Shown one piece after another: positions 25,650-39,326 of a DNA stretch of 64,000 bases. The position numbers were made by a program, and so were the translations under genes. The DNA comes from Ophelia neglecta. Lineage: Eukaryota. The DNA lies in the NCBI GenBank assembly GCA_965285935.1, contig OZ260664.1:86800001-86864000 (forward strand), read 5' to 3'. Every line of letters begins with the position of its first letter. Positions within the stretch are counted from its first letter, which is position 1. Under the pieces are notes generated by a model. That model was not told the DNA's origin. It was given only the letters and a program-made list of their open reading frames with translations, and did not search any database.

Positions 25650-27250
25650 GGTTTAACTGCTGAATCATTAAGCATTATTTTAAAGAAATCACATAATATC
25701 TTGTGACATTGTTCCGCAGGCGGCAGAGAATAAACTTTCACATGGAACGCAGGTTGATGGCACGCAAAGATTCTTCTCTTAAAATAAAGACAACCATTGG
25801 AAATCTTAGAATTACATGGCATCTTTTTCAGATTCCTGACCAGGCATTGCTTTGTATTAATTCTTTTATGTTCAATAATAACAGTTTTATGAACCGGGCC
25901 TTCCACTTGAATGAAAACTATGTCTTCTGAATAATAGCTTCTCCAAAGCGCCCTTGTTCTTCTTTGAGACTGGCTGCAAATAAAGCTCAAATGTAGAACA
26001 AGCGCTGCTTAGATACATATTATTTGAAACAGCCTGGACTTTACACCTGCAATGAACATATATAAAGTTTGCCTCTTCCTTTTCTTCAAATTTGTTTATA
26101 TGTTCCACGTTTACATTGTCGGAAAGAGAAAACTTCATTATTTCAGGAAAAGGGACGGGGTGTTTAAAAGTGCAGACACAATTATATAAAACTGCCCTGT
26201 GTTATAACGTTAACATTTTATACTTGCATTTATATATACACACGTTAAAACTTCTAAAATTTCAAACCTTACTTACTTACTATTCAGATTATTGTAAGTC
26301 GGTCCCATAATTCAGCATCTTGAAGTGCAATCTTGTATGGAAACTAGGATCCCAACATGCGGCTTCCTTTAGTCTGTGTTTGATATCTTCATTCTGAAAT
26401 TGTTTTTAATTAATGGATAAAAGATATACCGAAACACACGCACAAGGAAATCATACCATTCCTGGAGTTATACATGGTATCTTTACTTTAGAGAATCCCA
26501 AACACCTTGTATCGTCACTTAAACGAGTACACACTCATCGTCATGCTGTTTATAGATATCCTCCAGTGTTATCGACAAAGAAAGCACCTTACGGTTGGGC
26601 TTGTTTCCCTCCTGACTGCTAAAGTGCTGCTTTTCAGGATATCCGTCACCTAAACTTTATTTCACTAAATTAATTCTCTCCAGTGGAAAAGTTTCACATT
26701 CACATGAAAATATATAGATACATTAATACTATTAGGCTGTATAAAGTCTTGTTTTTAACATGTAGGATTAACAACCACAACTTATCATTCATGTGCCTTT
26801 TTGAGACGGAGACCTCGTGCCATCAACGGGAGGGTTGTGTACGGCTCAGGAAATTGTTATGTCATTAGATACATAGTATTCCAGCCTGTAACCAAATTGC
26901 AAGGAATAAGGAGCAATATCTGTAAGTTTCCGCTTCTCCACAAGCATATTTCTTTGCACTGTGGACCCTTTTCAGCCAAACAACCATATTGCGTAATATT
27001 AGCACCGCGATTCATTGTATTGGCCTAACAGAACCACTTCAAGCAAACACAGTTTGAAAGCTCCAAATTGTTTTTCGCCATGCGTAGTGAGTGCAACGAT
27101 CTTTTTAAAAGCGTCAAACTCTTCCTTACAATCTCTAATTTCCACGCAAATATACTTATCCGTTAGGGATATATACACAGACCATGATCTTTTGAAGGAC
27201 AATAGTTGTATAATGGTCTTGTGCCAAGTTTGACCACCCATCTTATATCA
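25650..27250 (-). pseudogene. Degenerate hAT (ZBED-like) transposase with introns
   Basis: LCVPSTCVPCESLFSAA near 25720-25770 (hAT C-terminal dimerization motif) and VTGWNTMY near 26880 (TRWNS-like); many stops and frameshifts; termini not identified. Confidence 0.65.
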
Positions 27251-27839
27251 GTTTAGCCTATGTTATTGCTTTCAGCCCAATTTTCAGTTTTTAATTCTCA
27301 GAATCATATTATTACATTTTAGTCAGTGTGTCTTTAATGCATGTTTGGTTTATAATTTGGATTCAGTGCAGATAGCATTATTGTGAAGTGGAAAAAAACA
27401 ATTAAAAATCGTAAATTTGTTTAACATCAAAAGTTAGTAGAAATGCATATTAATAAATAACTGTGTTCTTCTTATATCATATAGGCTTATATTTAGCGCG
27501 ATTATATTTAATTGCATGTAGGTATGAAGCTATACTATATTTGAGTGCCAACAATAAAACTAAACCAGCCTGAATCACCTGAATAGTGCAGCACCTTTGG
27601 TAGACTTTGGCCCCAATTTTTTCACTCTATAGTTTAGTTATAGCCTTTGTTACATTGACCATTCTGTTCTGAGGTAATATTCTGTTTTGAAAATGGAGAG
27701 GAGGCAGACACTGAGGGAATACCTGCACTTGATGGTATTGGGAGTGGACCTGCCTCTGTCTCTAGTACGCTTGGGAGTGTATCTGCCTCTGGTAAACAAC
27801 CTGCAGAATAAGGGAACTGACGAGGAACACACAACAATA

Positions 27840-28484
27840 TGGTAACGTGCGGTTAAATCAGTTTAATATATATGGAAATGGATACATACGTTAGATGCAT
27901 GCAAGGAACCATTCCGACAACACGACAACGGGATGAACGTAATACAATACTACATTACAGAAACTTACATATATTTACATATAGTAAAGCACAAATGCTG
28001 ATGTTCCTTCTTGGCGAAGGGCTGAACTAGAGAGTTACAATTTCAAGGAAGGACTAGGATAATCGAAGAGGTTTGCTAATTGAAGATGAGATGGTCGACC
28101 TCCGAATATCCTACTGAAGATCGGTAGTGACAGGCGTTGGCTTCTGGGAGGTATCTTAGAGTACGTAGCCGACCAACCGGGTGTCAAAGATGTGGTGGGC
28201 GACCGATAATAAGCGGAGCGGCATAAAGTCATTGGTGGGCGACCGCTAAGTCACACAGTCGTATGGCTAACAAATATAACTAGAGAGAGAGAGAGAGAGA
28301 GGGGGGGGGGGGGGGTTAGGCACTTAACCACATTCCGAAAGTACATGGATACTTTACTTGTAAACTCATATGGCCGTGATAGAAAATAACACAGTGGCAG
28401 CAATGGATGTAATATCTCCATCCTCCACATAGTTGACGACTACACTTTATTAAGATTTACATGGCAATATTGCAATGCGTAACA
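27840..28484 (-). mobile_element. 3' LTR of the Gypsy element
   Basis: Minus strand starts TGTTACG right after a polypurine tract (about 28486-28503) and ends ..CGTTACCA at 27840. Confidence 0.55.
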
Positions 28485-30680
28485 ACCCTCCCCCCCCCCC
28501 CTTAAGAAAGAATTTTTTTATTAAGTATTAAGATATTTCATTATGTATTATGCGAGTATTACATCTAAATCAAGTTAAACTTACCGCGCTGGGACCAGAC
28601 ACCTGTACAACATAGCTATATACTATCAAGTTATTTATTCATCTAGATAGGGTATCCACTTTAACATTATCTCTACCTTATATATGTGGAATATGCAATG
28701 TTGTACTTTTGCAGTGGCAAGCTTCACATTAAAACGATTTCCTTTCATCTGATGCAAACTAAGGGATTGAGATAAGTAAATATCAACCTATAGTACACAG
28801 ATGTGCCCAGATACACATAAAATTGCTGAAGAGCAACACACATACTCAAAACCTCCTTCTCGATTGTGGAATAATTACGCTGATGCACATTACACCTTTT
28901 TTTTTCGAGAAATAGGATAATGGGTTATCAATCAAACTGAAAATAGAAATCAGGTGCTACCAGAACAGGGGTTCTTGTGAGCATGGTTTTTTTTATCTTC
29001 TCAAAACCGTTTTGACATACATCTGTCCAGTTCAATTCAACATTTCCAAGCAAATTTATCAAAGGAAAAGCAACATCAGAAAAAATGTCAAAAGATTCTT
29101 CTATAGAATCATGCCATGCCAAGGAAGCGACACTTGTTTGTTGGCACTGGGAATCTTAAAATTGCATCTATTTTGAATTGTACCATGTTCACCTTTCCCA
29201 GGCCAAAGACATGTCCAAGAAACACTACTCTCGCCTGACCGAATTCACATTTAAGTAGACTAATGTTTATAAAGGCCATAGCAAAAATGACTCGTTAATC
29301 TGCTTAACAAGACTTTCCCACTCGTTTTCCACTAAAATAACATCACATACAAAAGCTTCACAATTATGCAGGGATTGGGTAGTATTATTGACTAATCTTT
29401 GAAAGTTCGCAGGGCTATTTCCATGCTGAAAGGCATCACACGTTATTGATACGATGCATCAGGGGTTACAAATGCTGCTATATGCTTTGCTCTCACTGTG
29501 AAGGGCAAATGCCAAAAACCCTTCAATAGATCAAATTTTGTCAAATAGCAGAACCAATTCCATCTACACAGTCATCAATGCGCGGCAAAGGATAAATCTG
29601 TACATAAACGATTTGATTTGATTTCTTTATTCCTCCTTAGTAGGAGAGTTACAAATGAACAACATTGATACGTTACTATGTACTATTAATCACACATGAC
29701 ATAAAACAAAAGAGAATTAAATTAAGGTATATTGTTGTTCATTTGACACCGTTTATACTTGTACAACTATTTATCACGTATCACATATTGAAGGACCATC
29801 ACACCCAATTTACACCCTTAACTACTCCCAATGTCTTATACACTGGCAAGCTTGCTCTTACGAGCTTGGTATAATCTATGAATCTATGAGAAGGACCTGG
29901 TGTGCCTGGGGTTCAAGCCGCGAATACCACTCCTGTCCCTCTCCAACACAGGACACACTAACAGGAAATGCTTTGCATCTTCAACTTCAAAGCGACATAG
30001 TCTACACAGTCTTGCACCACGTGGGATGTTCTCGTATCGTCCCCTTGCCATTTCTAGATCCAAGTCGGCCAAAACCAGTTTCACCATGACTCGAATCGCG
30101 GATAGCACCGCGGGAGATTTCAAAGACAATTTCCACCATCTGCTCGTTTCTAATGAACCCCCTGTCTTCCAAAAGGTCTTTGCGCCAGGAAACACAAGGC
30201 AGCCTCTCGCACCTTCTGACTGCCCATTTCACAAGCATTGAAGGGAAGGTCACGAAATATTGGGACATAATCGAAAACATTACTTTAGGTTTCCTTGGTT
30301 AACCATGTTCCTTCAATAAGTGAAGGGGCCCCTTAACGGTATGTCCAAACACAATTTCAAGCGGACTAATTCCCAGAGACTCCTGAACTACTTCCCGTAC
30401 GGCAAATAAGGAAGGAACTCCCTCATCCCAAACTTTACCCGCACTAAGATCATGGTTTCAAGTGTTTGATGAATTCTCTTAAACACACCTCGACTTTCTG
30501 GATAATGAGCAGTAGAATTGAACTGCTGATTCCCTACCTGTTTCATGAACTGCTGAAGTATCTTTGACAGGAAGTTACTAGCTATTCGGACCGTAGCTCC
30601 CGAGTCAAACCTACTAGCGTAAAGAACTTTACTAAAGCCTTTACGGCATTCTCAGAAGTAATCCCTCTCAAGGACTTAAA
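28485..30680 (-). mobile_element. Degenerate Gmr1-type Gypsy LTR retrotransposon internal region (INT upstream of RT-RNaseH)
   Basis: Integrase core at 30260-30680 (HQTLETM..WDEGVP..LFAVREVVQESLGISPLELVFGH); RT at 29150-29600 (YPLPRIDDC..DLLKGFW); RT/RNaseH connection at 28928-29122 (PVLVAPDF). Confidence 0.75.
29611..30200 (-). mobile_element. 5'-truncated LINE (RTEX-like C-terminus) nested in the Gypsy element
   Basis: GRYENIPRGARLCRLCRFEVEDAKHFLLVCP zinc knuckle; AATAAA and (AAATC)n tail at 29611-29631. Confidence 0.75.
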
Positions 30681-31429
30681 TGTCTGTCAATTGACAGGAC
30701 CCAGGATTGAGTCTTGGTTAACCCCAGTAAGAATATTTCTCAATGATGAAGTGGTATGACCAAAGTCGACAAACTGTTGACTATTGGTTAAATATTTTCC
30801 CTAAAATTAAGATTCAGCAAAATTCCAGTTAAACTATAGTATTTCAATTTTTTCAATAAAAAAGAATGATTTAGCGTATGCCCATATATATGTTAAAAGT
30901 TACCCGGCTCATGACCATTTGTTCTGTTATTCTGACAATAATTTCAATTGCCCATAGATCAACAGATCCATATTGGAATTCCCTGCTAATGTTACTTCCC
31001 ATTAGATGTTCCTAATTTTGTTAGAACAGTGGTGAATTTTTCAAACTACAGTAATTTACTAATTTGCTGATTTTGAGTTTTTATTTGGAATAACAAAGAC
31101 AGGATTTGAGCTCATCACTTAGGTTTATTTTTGTTTTGCTTTCATATTCAAACTGGAAAAGTGGGTAAACATACTAAGCAGTATTAGTTATTTTTAGTAC
31201 AAATTTGTATATATAATGCAAACGAGAACTATTTTTCGAAGCAGGCAATGAATCGTTGTCCAGTTTGAAAGAAGGCCATTTTAGTTTGGAACCATCTTAG
31301 TCAATGCAATTCAACTTCAAATGGACAGTCCAAGAGAAAGTCGTCAATCGTTTATTGAGTCCCCTTAAGATTGCTTGAATTTTCGATTCCTCAAGACAGT
31401 TTTTATACTTGGCAATTGGTAGAATATTT

Positions 31430-31860
31430 ATCTGGGAATTCGTTTTAATCAGCAGAGTTCTAATCTAGGTACCCTTAATCTAGATACCAGGGCTACGTGC
31501 ATTTCGATAGCATCAGACACACAAGAGGCCATAATTCTCGGAAATATGAGCCCCTTATACTGGAGAAACGGGAATAATCGTATCAAGGAGGGTGAAGTTT
31601 ACTTGCGGAAAATCGCAATATTCCCTTTGCCACATAGACGTGAACATATGCCATATTGATCTTCAAAAAAATCCATATACGAGCAATCATTTGGGCTGTC
31701 AGTGGTATCTGTCAGTTCTCAATATAGTGAATAAATGTCACTAATAATCAAAAATAAGAGAAAAAATGTCTTTATTCCTAAATAAGAGGAAGTCTTTTGT
31801 TGGATAGGCTGACAGCAATGAAAACAAGTACAAATCCCATATAAACAACAGCTCCGAGTC
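31430..31860 (-). mobile_element. Penelope-like RT remnant
   Basis: ELTDTTDSPNDCSYMD..DFP.VNF..IPVSP pattern; heavily decayed. Confidence 0.45.
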
Positions 31861-33825
31861 TTAAGGACAGCACTACAAATCGTTCAGTGCTGCTATTTAG
31901 TTAAAAGAATACATACCTGTTACAGCGCTATAAAGATTTAGTGTTTGAGTAAACATTCGTTCCTTGCACTTAATGCCGATGGAGACTATAAGGACTAAAC
32001 CTAAGTTTATCCATAATTAAAGTTACTATACTGCTTTTGTGTCTAATTCCTGGCAAACCTTCACACACGACTTTCTAGCTTGTGGCAACTGGCACCTTAT
32101 CTGTGGAGTGTGTCGAACCAGAGGACCCAAAGACTACTACCGCCCTTGATCTCCAGCAGCTAGTGACGAGCACGACAGAAAATAAACATTAATGCGTTTG
32201 AAGTGCTAGTGGCCAAGAAGATGACTACTTTTAAAAAAAGAGTGACAAGATATATATAACAGTATTATTAACAATAGTGAAGCGCCACAGGTTTAAAATA
32301 TGACAATTTCTAAGATTCACTGAATTTATATCTGTTTAAGAAGGGAAATGCGCCAAATGCTATTACTTGTAGATGCAAAACCCGTGGCTATTTCCATGTA
32401 TTTTTAAAAACATCCTCCATGTTTGCAGTGCTAGTGTCCAGGGTCTCCGTGACGCAGAGGTTTGTAAACGCCGTTATCAGAGCCCGGACCACTTTTTTGC
32501 TTCCCTTTTTTTTTTCGACAGTTATTCACTGACATTTGCAAGTTTTGAAAAAAAAAACAAGCGAACAATGTTCAGATTAATTGGCCCGGAACCTTCGCAA
32601 TTCGAGTCGTAATCATGATTGAGCAAGAACTAATCTTTAAAACGAAGCCTGATAGGTATTAAACCGTCTTCAACTCCATCACTAGGAGCGCTATACTCTA
32701 AACAAGGGTGCATAGTTTGCATCTACGTCGCACAATAATGTAACCGCGAATTCGGTTTCTTTGCCCTCGCTTTTTTACTCGCTCCTCGACTTTACATCTC
32801 GACCCTCGCTTTCAACTCGCTCCTTGCTGCTCCACCGATTTAAACACTTCGTAATATAATAAGATAATTGAGATTAATATTATGATATTAGCTACAAGAG
32901 TTAAACGGTCGGTTCGTCTCGCCATGTTGTCACCTGGCCTTGTGATACGCATTGCCCAACCTGACAGAAAAAAAATCCTCTGGATTGCCTTGGTTGCCAT
33001 ACTAGTACAGCTCCTTTTGTATTTTCGTTACATGTAGTGTAAGCTGGCAGTACATTTTGAGTACTATTAAATGAAGAAATGCGAATAAAAGTTTCAAATT
33101 TTAAAATAAAGTTGTTGTTACTTAAATATAACTAATTAAGACAACACATTATATTATTAATTCACCGACAAATCAAAGGATGAATTGTTATGGACACGCT
33201 AGGATCTTTGAGACCTCTTGAATGGGCGAGTCAGTGGTCAACGTAGGGCAGAGATAAAATATGCCTTTGGTGCGTCTATAATTATATAATCTCTCAAATG
33301 TTAGGGACCGAATTTGAAATAGTCTCACTAAACAAGTCTCTGCCTCGGAGGTGCGTGCGCTGTTTGCCTGGCCCTGCCGCCTTCACGAGCACCGCAAAGG
33401 TGTACGACGGCGGCCAGGGGATGAGTATTCTATGTGCTCTCACACCGCAAACAGCACAGAGCTGAATACAGGGACTCCAATAGATACAAGACAAGAGAAG
33501 GATGAAACAGATCCTTCCACAATAAAGAGGTAAAGGGCATCGAGCATTGTCGACTGTGCATTAAAATATTAAATAGGTTAAGCGAACCAGGTGAGGTGCA
33601 GAAACGCAAGTAACGCTGCTGGAGGTGAGGTCATTTCTATGGCGTCATATTCGACGACTTGAAAAGCATTAGACGCTACTTTTTGCTAAGAATTAAAGAA
33701 ATCAAGCAAGTTAGACCTAGAAAAGTTGACACTGGAATCCATGATGTTTTCAAGCTATAGTCAAGGTCACTTGCATTTCGCCCTGTGCATTGTGAGCCCT
33801 GATCTATGGTGTCCTAAAGCGGCCA

Positions 33826-34110
33826 TTTCGCGACTTCGCGGCTTCCCTTAATTGCTAAGAGGCGAAGCCGCGAAGTCCCGAAGCGAAGTCGCGAAGCACT
33901 GCGCGCGAAGTCGCGAAGTCGCGAAGCGACATCGCGAAGCGAAGTCGCGAAGTCTCGAAGCGAAGTCGCGAAGTCCCGAAGCGAAGTCGCGAAGTCGCGA
34001 AGCGAAATCGCGAAGTCGCGAAGCTTTAAATGTTAGGAAATCGGGCCATGTAGCTTCGCGACTTCGCTACTTCGCTTCGCGATGTCGCTTCGGGGCTTCG
34101 CGACTTCGCC
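33826..34110. repeat. (TCGCGAAG)-type CpG-rich array in the left TIR
   Basis: Tandem GCGAAGTC/TCGCGAAG units in both orientations. Confidence 0.9.
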
Positions 34111-37100
34111 CTATTTCCTAACATTAAAAGCGCATGCGTGCTGTTGGCGCATGCGCGTCTTACAGTCTTCGTAGAATGGCGGGTGGGTAAGTATGCATCA
34201 CTGACCCGGCGCGCGGCAATGTGTTACAACATTTATTTGTAGAGCGATAGTGAAATGACGTCGAGGAAGCTGTCATGGCTTCGTGCAAAACCGGAGAAAA
34301 ATTCACCAGCTTCAATTTCGCATTGCTTGTGATGTATTATTACTGCATAGGTATATTTAGGCGTAAATGAAAGCTACTTTTCTGTTCTTTAAGATTCTAT
34401 AAAATAAAAGTATATTTTTACACTTCGGGAATGGTAGTGGCCACTCACGGGCTGTGCAAGCGTCGCGAGATTGTATATTTTTTTGGCCGTGTTCTTGCAA
34501 ATTTCGCTATAAGTTTTGGAATTATGAAAAGGCAGCTTAGCTTTTGATATTTTATGAAACAAAAATGTCTTATGAACAATCTGTGAAAGTTTGGCCAGCG
34601 TGCGGGCTTGCGATAAAAATACATCCACTCGGGAACTTGCATACCCCCCCCCCCCAACCCACCCCCTAACCTGTCCGACACCACCTGTGTCAAGGCCGAT
34701 TGGTTTGTTTATCAACAAAGCTCATGCGCTGGTGGACTTTGATGGATTTTTGGGCTTTTATTGAAATATACCACAGGAATTTACAATTGCCCTGTCTTAA
34801 CGTCTAAATGACATTCTCGAATTACCGGGGTTTTGGTTTTAGCTAAGAATAAGGATAAGAATATGGGATAGGTCTCTGGTTTCAGATAGTCACGAATTTA
34901 TTATGTACAAACCTATGACATGACACTTTTCACACACATTTCCATTTGAGTAAATCTATGTTCAAGCATTATAAATAAATTACAGCATGATCAGTAGGCT
35001 TATTGCATTTGACTAGGGGGGGGGGGGGGTCTTGGTGGGGAGGAGGTAGGGGGGGGGGGGGTCTTGGTGGGGAGGAGGTAGGGTGGGGGGAGGACCATTC
35101 TGGTTGAGGGGGTGGCAGTGTGGAATGGGTAGTGTGGCACGGTTGAAGGGCTGGGAGAGGTGCCATTTTGATGATTTCACATGGTTTTTATACATTTGCG
35201 AGGAGGGATGGGGTATTTCAACCGTTGGGATCGATCCATGAATGCAAGTCTTATTTTTTTGTGACTCTAGATTTTGCTGTTGTTGGAGAGATATAATATT
35301 TATGACAGTCCTTTATTGAATGAACACTTACATCTTTCACTTTTCAGCCAAGATCAAACAATCAAAAGTAACAACATTTAGATGTGGTTGTCTAATAAAG
35401 GGAAACAAATCTTCAGAAGAGTTACATTAATTGATATAGGTAGGGCATTAGTGAAAATCCCTAACACACATTGTTTTTATAAACAGGAGGGGAATGTTTA
35501 ACCTTTTTCTTAAATTTAAAGGCGATGGCAAGGACACTTCTTTTAGGCTTTCGGAAGGCGAGCATATTTACTTATTACATTTGTACTTATTATTTCTAAT
35601 GGGATTCTTTTGGGGGTGTTATAAATAAATTGTTAACACTTTCCTTGTAATTGCGGTTTTCTAAAACAAATAAAAAATGGTAAATAATGAATTAAATTTT
35701 AATGATAAACAATAATATCTGGATATTTCTTGCTTTTATTTTTGAAGTTCTATGCTTAACAATTGCACACTCCCAAATTAAACATAGAAGGGATTGGGAT
35801 TATATTGATATAAACAAAATCTTTCCAGAAAAGTTCATATTAGTTATTTGAAAGAAAACAATAACTAGAATGCAAATTCAATATATTTATTATCATTCAG
35901 TCCAGGATGATGCACTGATAATAAAGGGCAAAGTAATAGTCATAAAATCATGTCAGAACATCTACATTATTTGTGACTTAGCCAGGCAAGCATACTTATT
36001 GAATACAAGAATTATAGGAACACAAACCCCCACCTGGCCACGTAAGCACACTATATAAATAGAAGAATTTTAGGAGCACAAGCCCCCGTCCTATTGTAAG
36101 GGATAGCATGCATGCATGCATGTCCGATAGTCACTTTCAACACAAGTTCTAAATAAAATCAAAAGTTATATGTTGGAAGTTATGTAATGTTTCCATTCAG
36201 GAATGGACCGATCCCGGGATGTACACAGTTTCAAAAAAAAATCATCAATGTTTATTTGGGTCGACCGTTTTACCTGTTGCCTTAAGGTTTCCTCTAAAAG
36301 CCACTATAGCAATGTCAAGAAATACTAAAAAAAATCTAATTGGGGCCTGCAAAGTCAACCGTGGGCAGCGCTGATGCTGGTGTACTCTGCTTTGCCCTTA
36401 ACTATAGCAATGCCACGAAACACAGAAATCTTTTTCTAAAATCTGATGTATTTTGGAATTGGGATACATATTGTGGATACGTTTCATGTTACCAGTCACT
36501 CATATACATGTTTGTATGGACGCACCCTTCACCCCCCCCCCCCCCCCCCCATGATAGTACTGCTAGTTCTGTGAGTGTTGTATTTTGACCTATTGTTCAG
36601 ATCCAGTCCACAATTACATGGTGCCAAGGTGCGGCAATGAATTTAAATTCCCACACTTTCACATGTTACATGCATAATGTCTTTACTGAAGTCCTGTCCA
36701 TGTGGAAAATGCATTGGGCATTCACTGTTGTCACCAGATAATCCCCTGCTCTCACAAAGGCATTTTGGACCTCCTGAAATAAAATATTATGACAGTTTGA
36801 TTATTTTCATGTAAATAATAAATATAATAAATAAGACACTGTAAACTGTGAATATATATGTCATATTATGGTTTACCCAAAAATATCAACTATTTGAACA
36901 TCTTAAACATTAAAAGGTTGATCCTGATAATTATAATGATTTTACTCAATTTGTTGCCTGATCACCTTTGCCCAGATTTTGAAAATTTGGCGCCTATAAC
37001 AGCTGACTTAAAAACTAGACTAGACATGTGTCAGTCTGAATATTAGCAGATAGAAATTGTTTTTCTCCAGGGCACCACATTACCTTTTTCAGCACTTGCC

Positions 37101-37149
37101 AATAGACGGATATAGTTAGAATGTATAGACACAAACAACTAGATGTATA

Positions 37150-37530
37150 TGTAGTACACACAGACAGGAACCTGTAGAACACACAGACAGGTACAGGTAG
37201 AACAGACAAACAGGTACATAAAGACCACAGATATAGATACAAGTAGGACAGACAGACAGGTTCAGGTAGAAAACATACAAATACATGTAGAACACACAGA
37301 CAGGTACAGGTAGAACACAGACAGATACAGGTAGAACACACAGACAGGTACAGGTAGAACACACAGACAGGTACAGGTAGAACACAGACAGATAAAGGTA
37401 GAACACAGAGACAGGTACAGGTAGAACACACAGACAGATACATGTAGGACAGACAGACAGGTACAGGTAGAACACAGACAGATACAGTTAGAACACACAG
37501 ACAGATACAGGTGGAACACAGACAGATATG
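37150..37530. repeat. About 22-24 bp minisatellite (ACAGACAGGTACAGGTAGAACAC)
   Basis: About 16 degenerate tandem units. Confidence 0.9.
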
Positions 37531-37626
37531 CAAATCTGAAATATGGCAATTGGCTCTACGTGTAATTTACTAGTTCTGTATCAACCACATAGGTAAAATG
37601 AAAATGTGCTCAATGCCACAGCTTAC

Positions 37627-38954
37627 TTGAATAAGTTCCATGACATAGTCATCGGGTATGGATTGTCTCTTCGAAAGTCCTTGCTGCCGATACAAGCGTC
37701 TGACTTGCCTCGCACTGTGTACACAAACAAACATACCCATTGCAAAATCAGTCTAGATAAGCCATAGGCCTAATTAAATTGCATCTTACAAAAATATGTT
37801 TTAATTTCCAAATTGACCTCATTGATTGATTGATTGAGGGACGCCTGAAATAGCCATGATCGTTTTCTCTGTCCGCCCGGCCATGCACGTACAGACACAT
37901 GTATAGAGTCTACGTGGTATACCAGTAAACAGGTGTGGGAAAGAAGGTCAATTAATAAACAAATTAATTTAAACAGAGACAAGGATGATTGAAAAGTGAA
38001 AAATGAAAAACGGTAGCACATTAAAAGTACATCAATATGCAATAGTATATATTTTAAGAAACTCCATATACATGTAGGTATATTTCCTTTCTACTCGCCT
38101 CAATTCAATTCCATGCGTGCAGCTGAGTGTAACTGCTATTTCTAGGTTTGATTAACCACGCCAAAAGTACTCCCTTATCAGTGTGTCACCTATAAAGAAT
38201 AATACCTGCGTTATGTAAAGAATATATTTTGCTATTTTGAATCGGATGTAGCTTCACTTTTTAGGGCCTCCGCCGCGTAAGCGGGCGAAAGCCCTTATGT
38301 TTTCGGGTTGTCCGTCCGTTCGTCTTTTCGCCGAATCATCCCGGGACCCATACCATAATTCGATACGGGTGTCCACGCGCGCATTTTTTCGAGTATCCGT
38401 CCGACCGTTCGTCTGTCCGTCCGTTCGTCCGTCCGTTCGTAACACTTTCTTGTGACCACCACAACTCATCAACGAATGGTAGGATTTTATTCAAATGTTG
38501 TGGGAAGGACCCCTCCTGAGGGGATTCGAACTGATTACATTTCGGGGTCCGTCCGTCCGTCTGTCCGTCCCTCCGTCCGTTTGTTCGTTCATTATTTCAC
38601 GGGTCGTGCAACCAGTGGCAGTCAGCTATACCTAGCTACGACATCTCATGCTACATCAGATAATAGGCCTATTTGAATTTTCCAAATCTTGTCTGATATT
38701 TGTGCAATATTTCTATATATTCTTTTAGAAATAAATACAGTCTAAATAAAATGATAAGACTTTTGGGCCAACTTGGTACATGCTGATCAACTATATTGCC
38801 CCCCCCCCCCTCCCTAAAATATTTGTTTTGTTGTGCAGATAGATGTTGATCGTATATATATAGGCCTAGTGAACTGAGTAAATTATTCGGGTAAATTATG
38901 AAAATCTTACTTCAAAATCCACCTATACTTACGTGTGTCCTGTTCTGATGCCAT
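37627..38954 (-). pseudogene. IS3EU-like transposase N-terminal exons (38933-38954, 38099-38189, 37627-37714) with an in-frame stop
   Basis: MASEQDTRDTLIREYFWRG*SNLEIAVTLSCTHGIELSARQVRRLYRQQGLSKRQSIPDDYVMELIQ; phases match; TAA at 38152-38154. Confidence 0.7.
38257..38590 (+). mobile_element. Helentron-derived (DINE-1/Pearl-like) short element with (TCCG)n microsatellite
   Basis: Starts in a T-run, short inverted repeat AGGGC..GCCCT, then (GTCC)n blocks; nested in an intron of the IS3EU-like element. Confidence 0.5.
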
Positions 38955-39039
38955 TGCTGCAACCAATCTTTGACGGCTAACATGACGCATGCGCCAACCG
39001 CACGCATGCGCTTTAAATGTTAGGAAATAGATCTCTACG

Positions 39040-39326
39040 GCGAAGTCGCGAAGTCGCGAAGTCGCGAAGTCGCGAAGCGACATTGCGAAGGGAAGTAGCG
39101 AAGTCGCGAAGCTACATGGCCCGATTTCCTAACATTTAAAGCTTCGCGACTTCGCGACTTCGCTTCGGGACTTCGCGACTTCGCTTCGAGACTTCGCGAT
39201 TTCGCTTCGCGATGTCGCTTCGCGACTTCGCGACTTCGCCCCCAATGCTTCGCGACTTCGCGACTTCGCTTCGGGACTTCGCGGTTTCGCCTCTTAGCAA
39301 TTAAGGGAAGCCGCGAAGTCGCGAAA
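39040..39326. repeat. (TCGCGAAG)-type CpG-rich array in the right TIR
   Basis: Reverse complement of the left array with unit-number differences. Confidence 0.9.

Noticed and set aside
27634-27837. Pro/Ser-rich ORF with a good minus-strand acceptor
   Set aside because: Isolated and lying between the hAT remnant and the LTR; probably part of the hAT element and cannot be tied to a host gene.
32420-33760. Possible further DNA transposon or gene fragment
   Set aside because: No termini, TSD or recognisable protein motif found by eye.
37015-37549. Cys/Val-rich ORFs in three frames
   Set aside because: Minisatellite translation artefacts.
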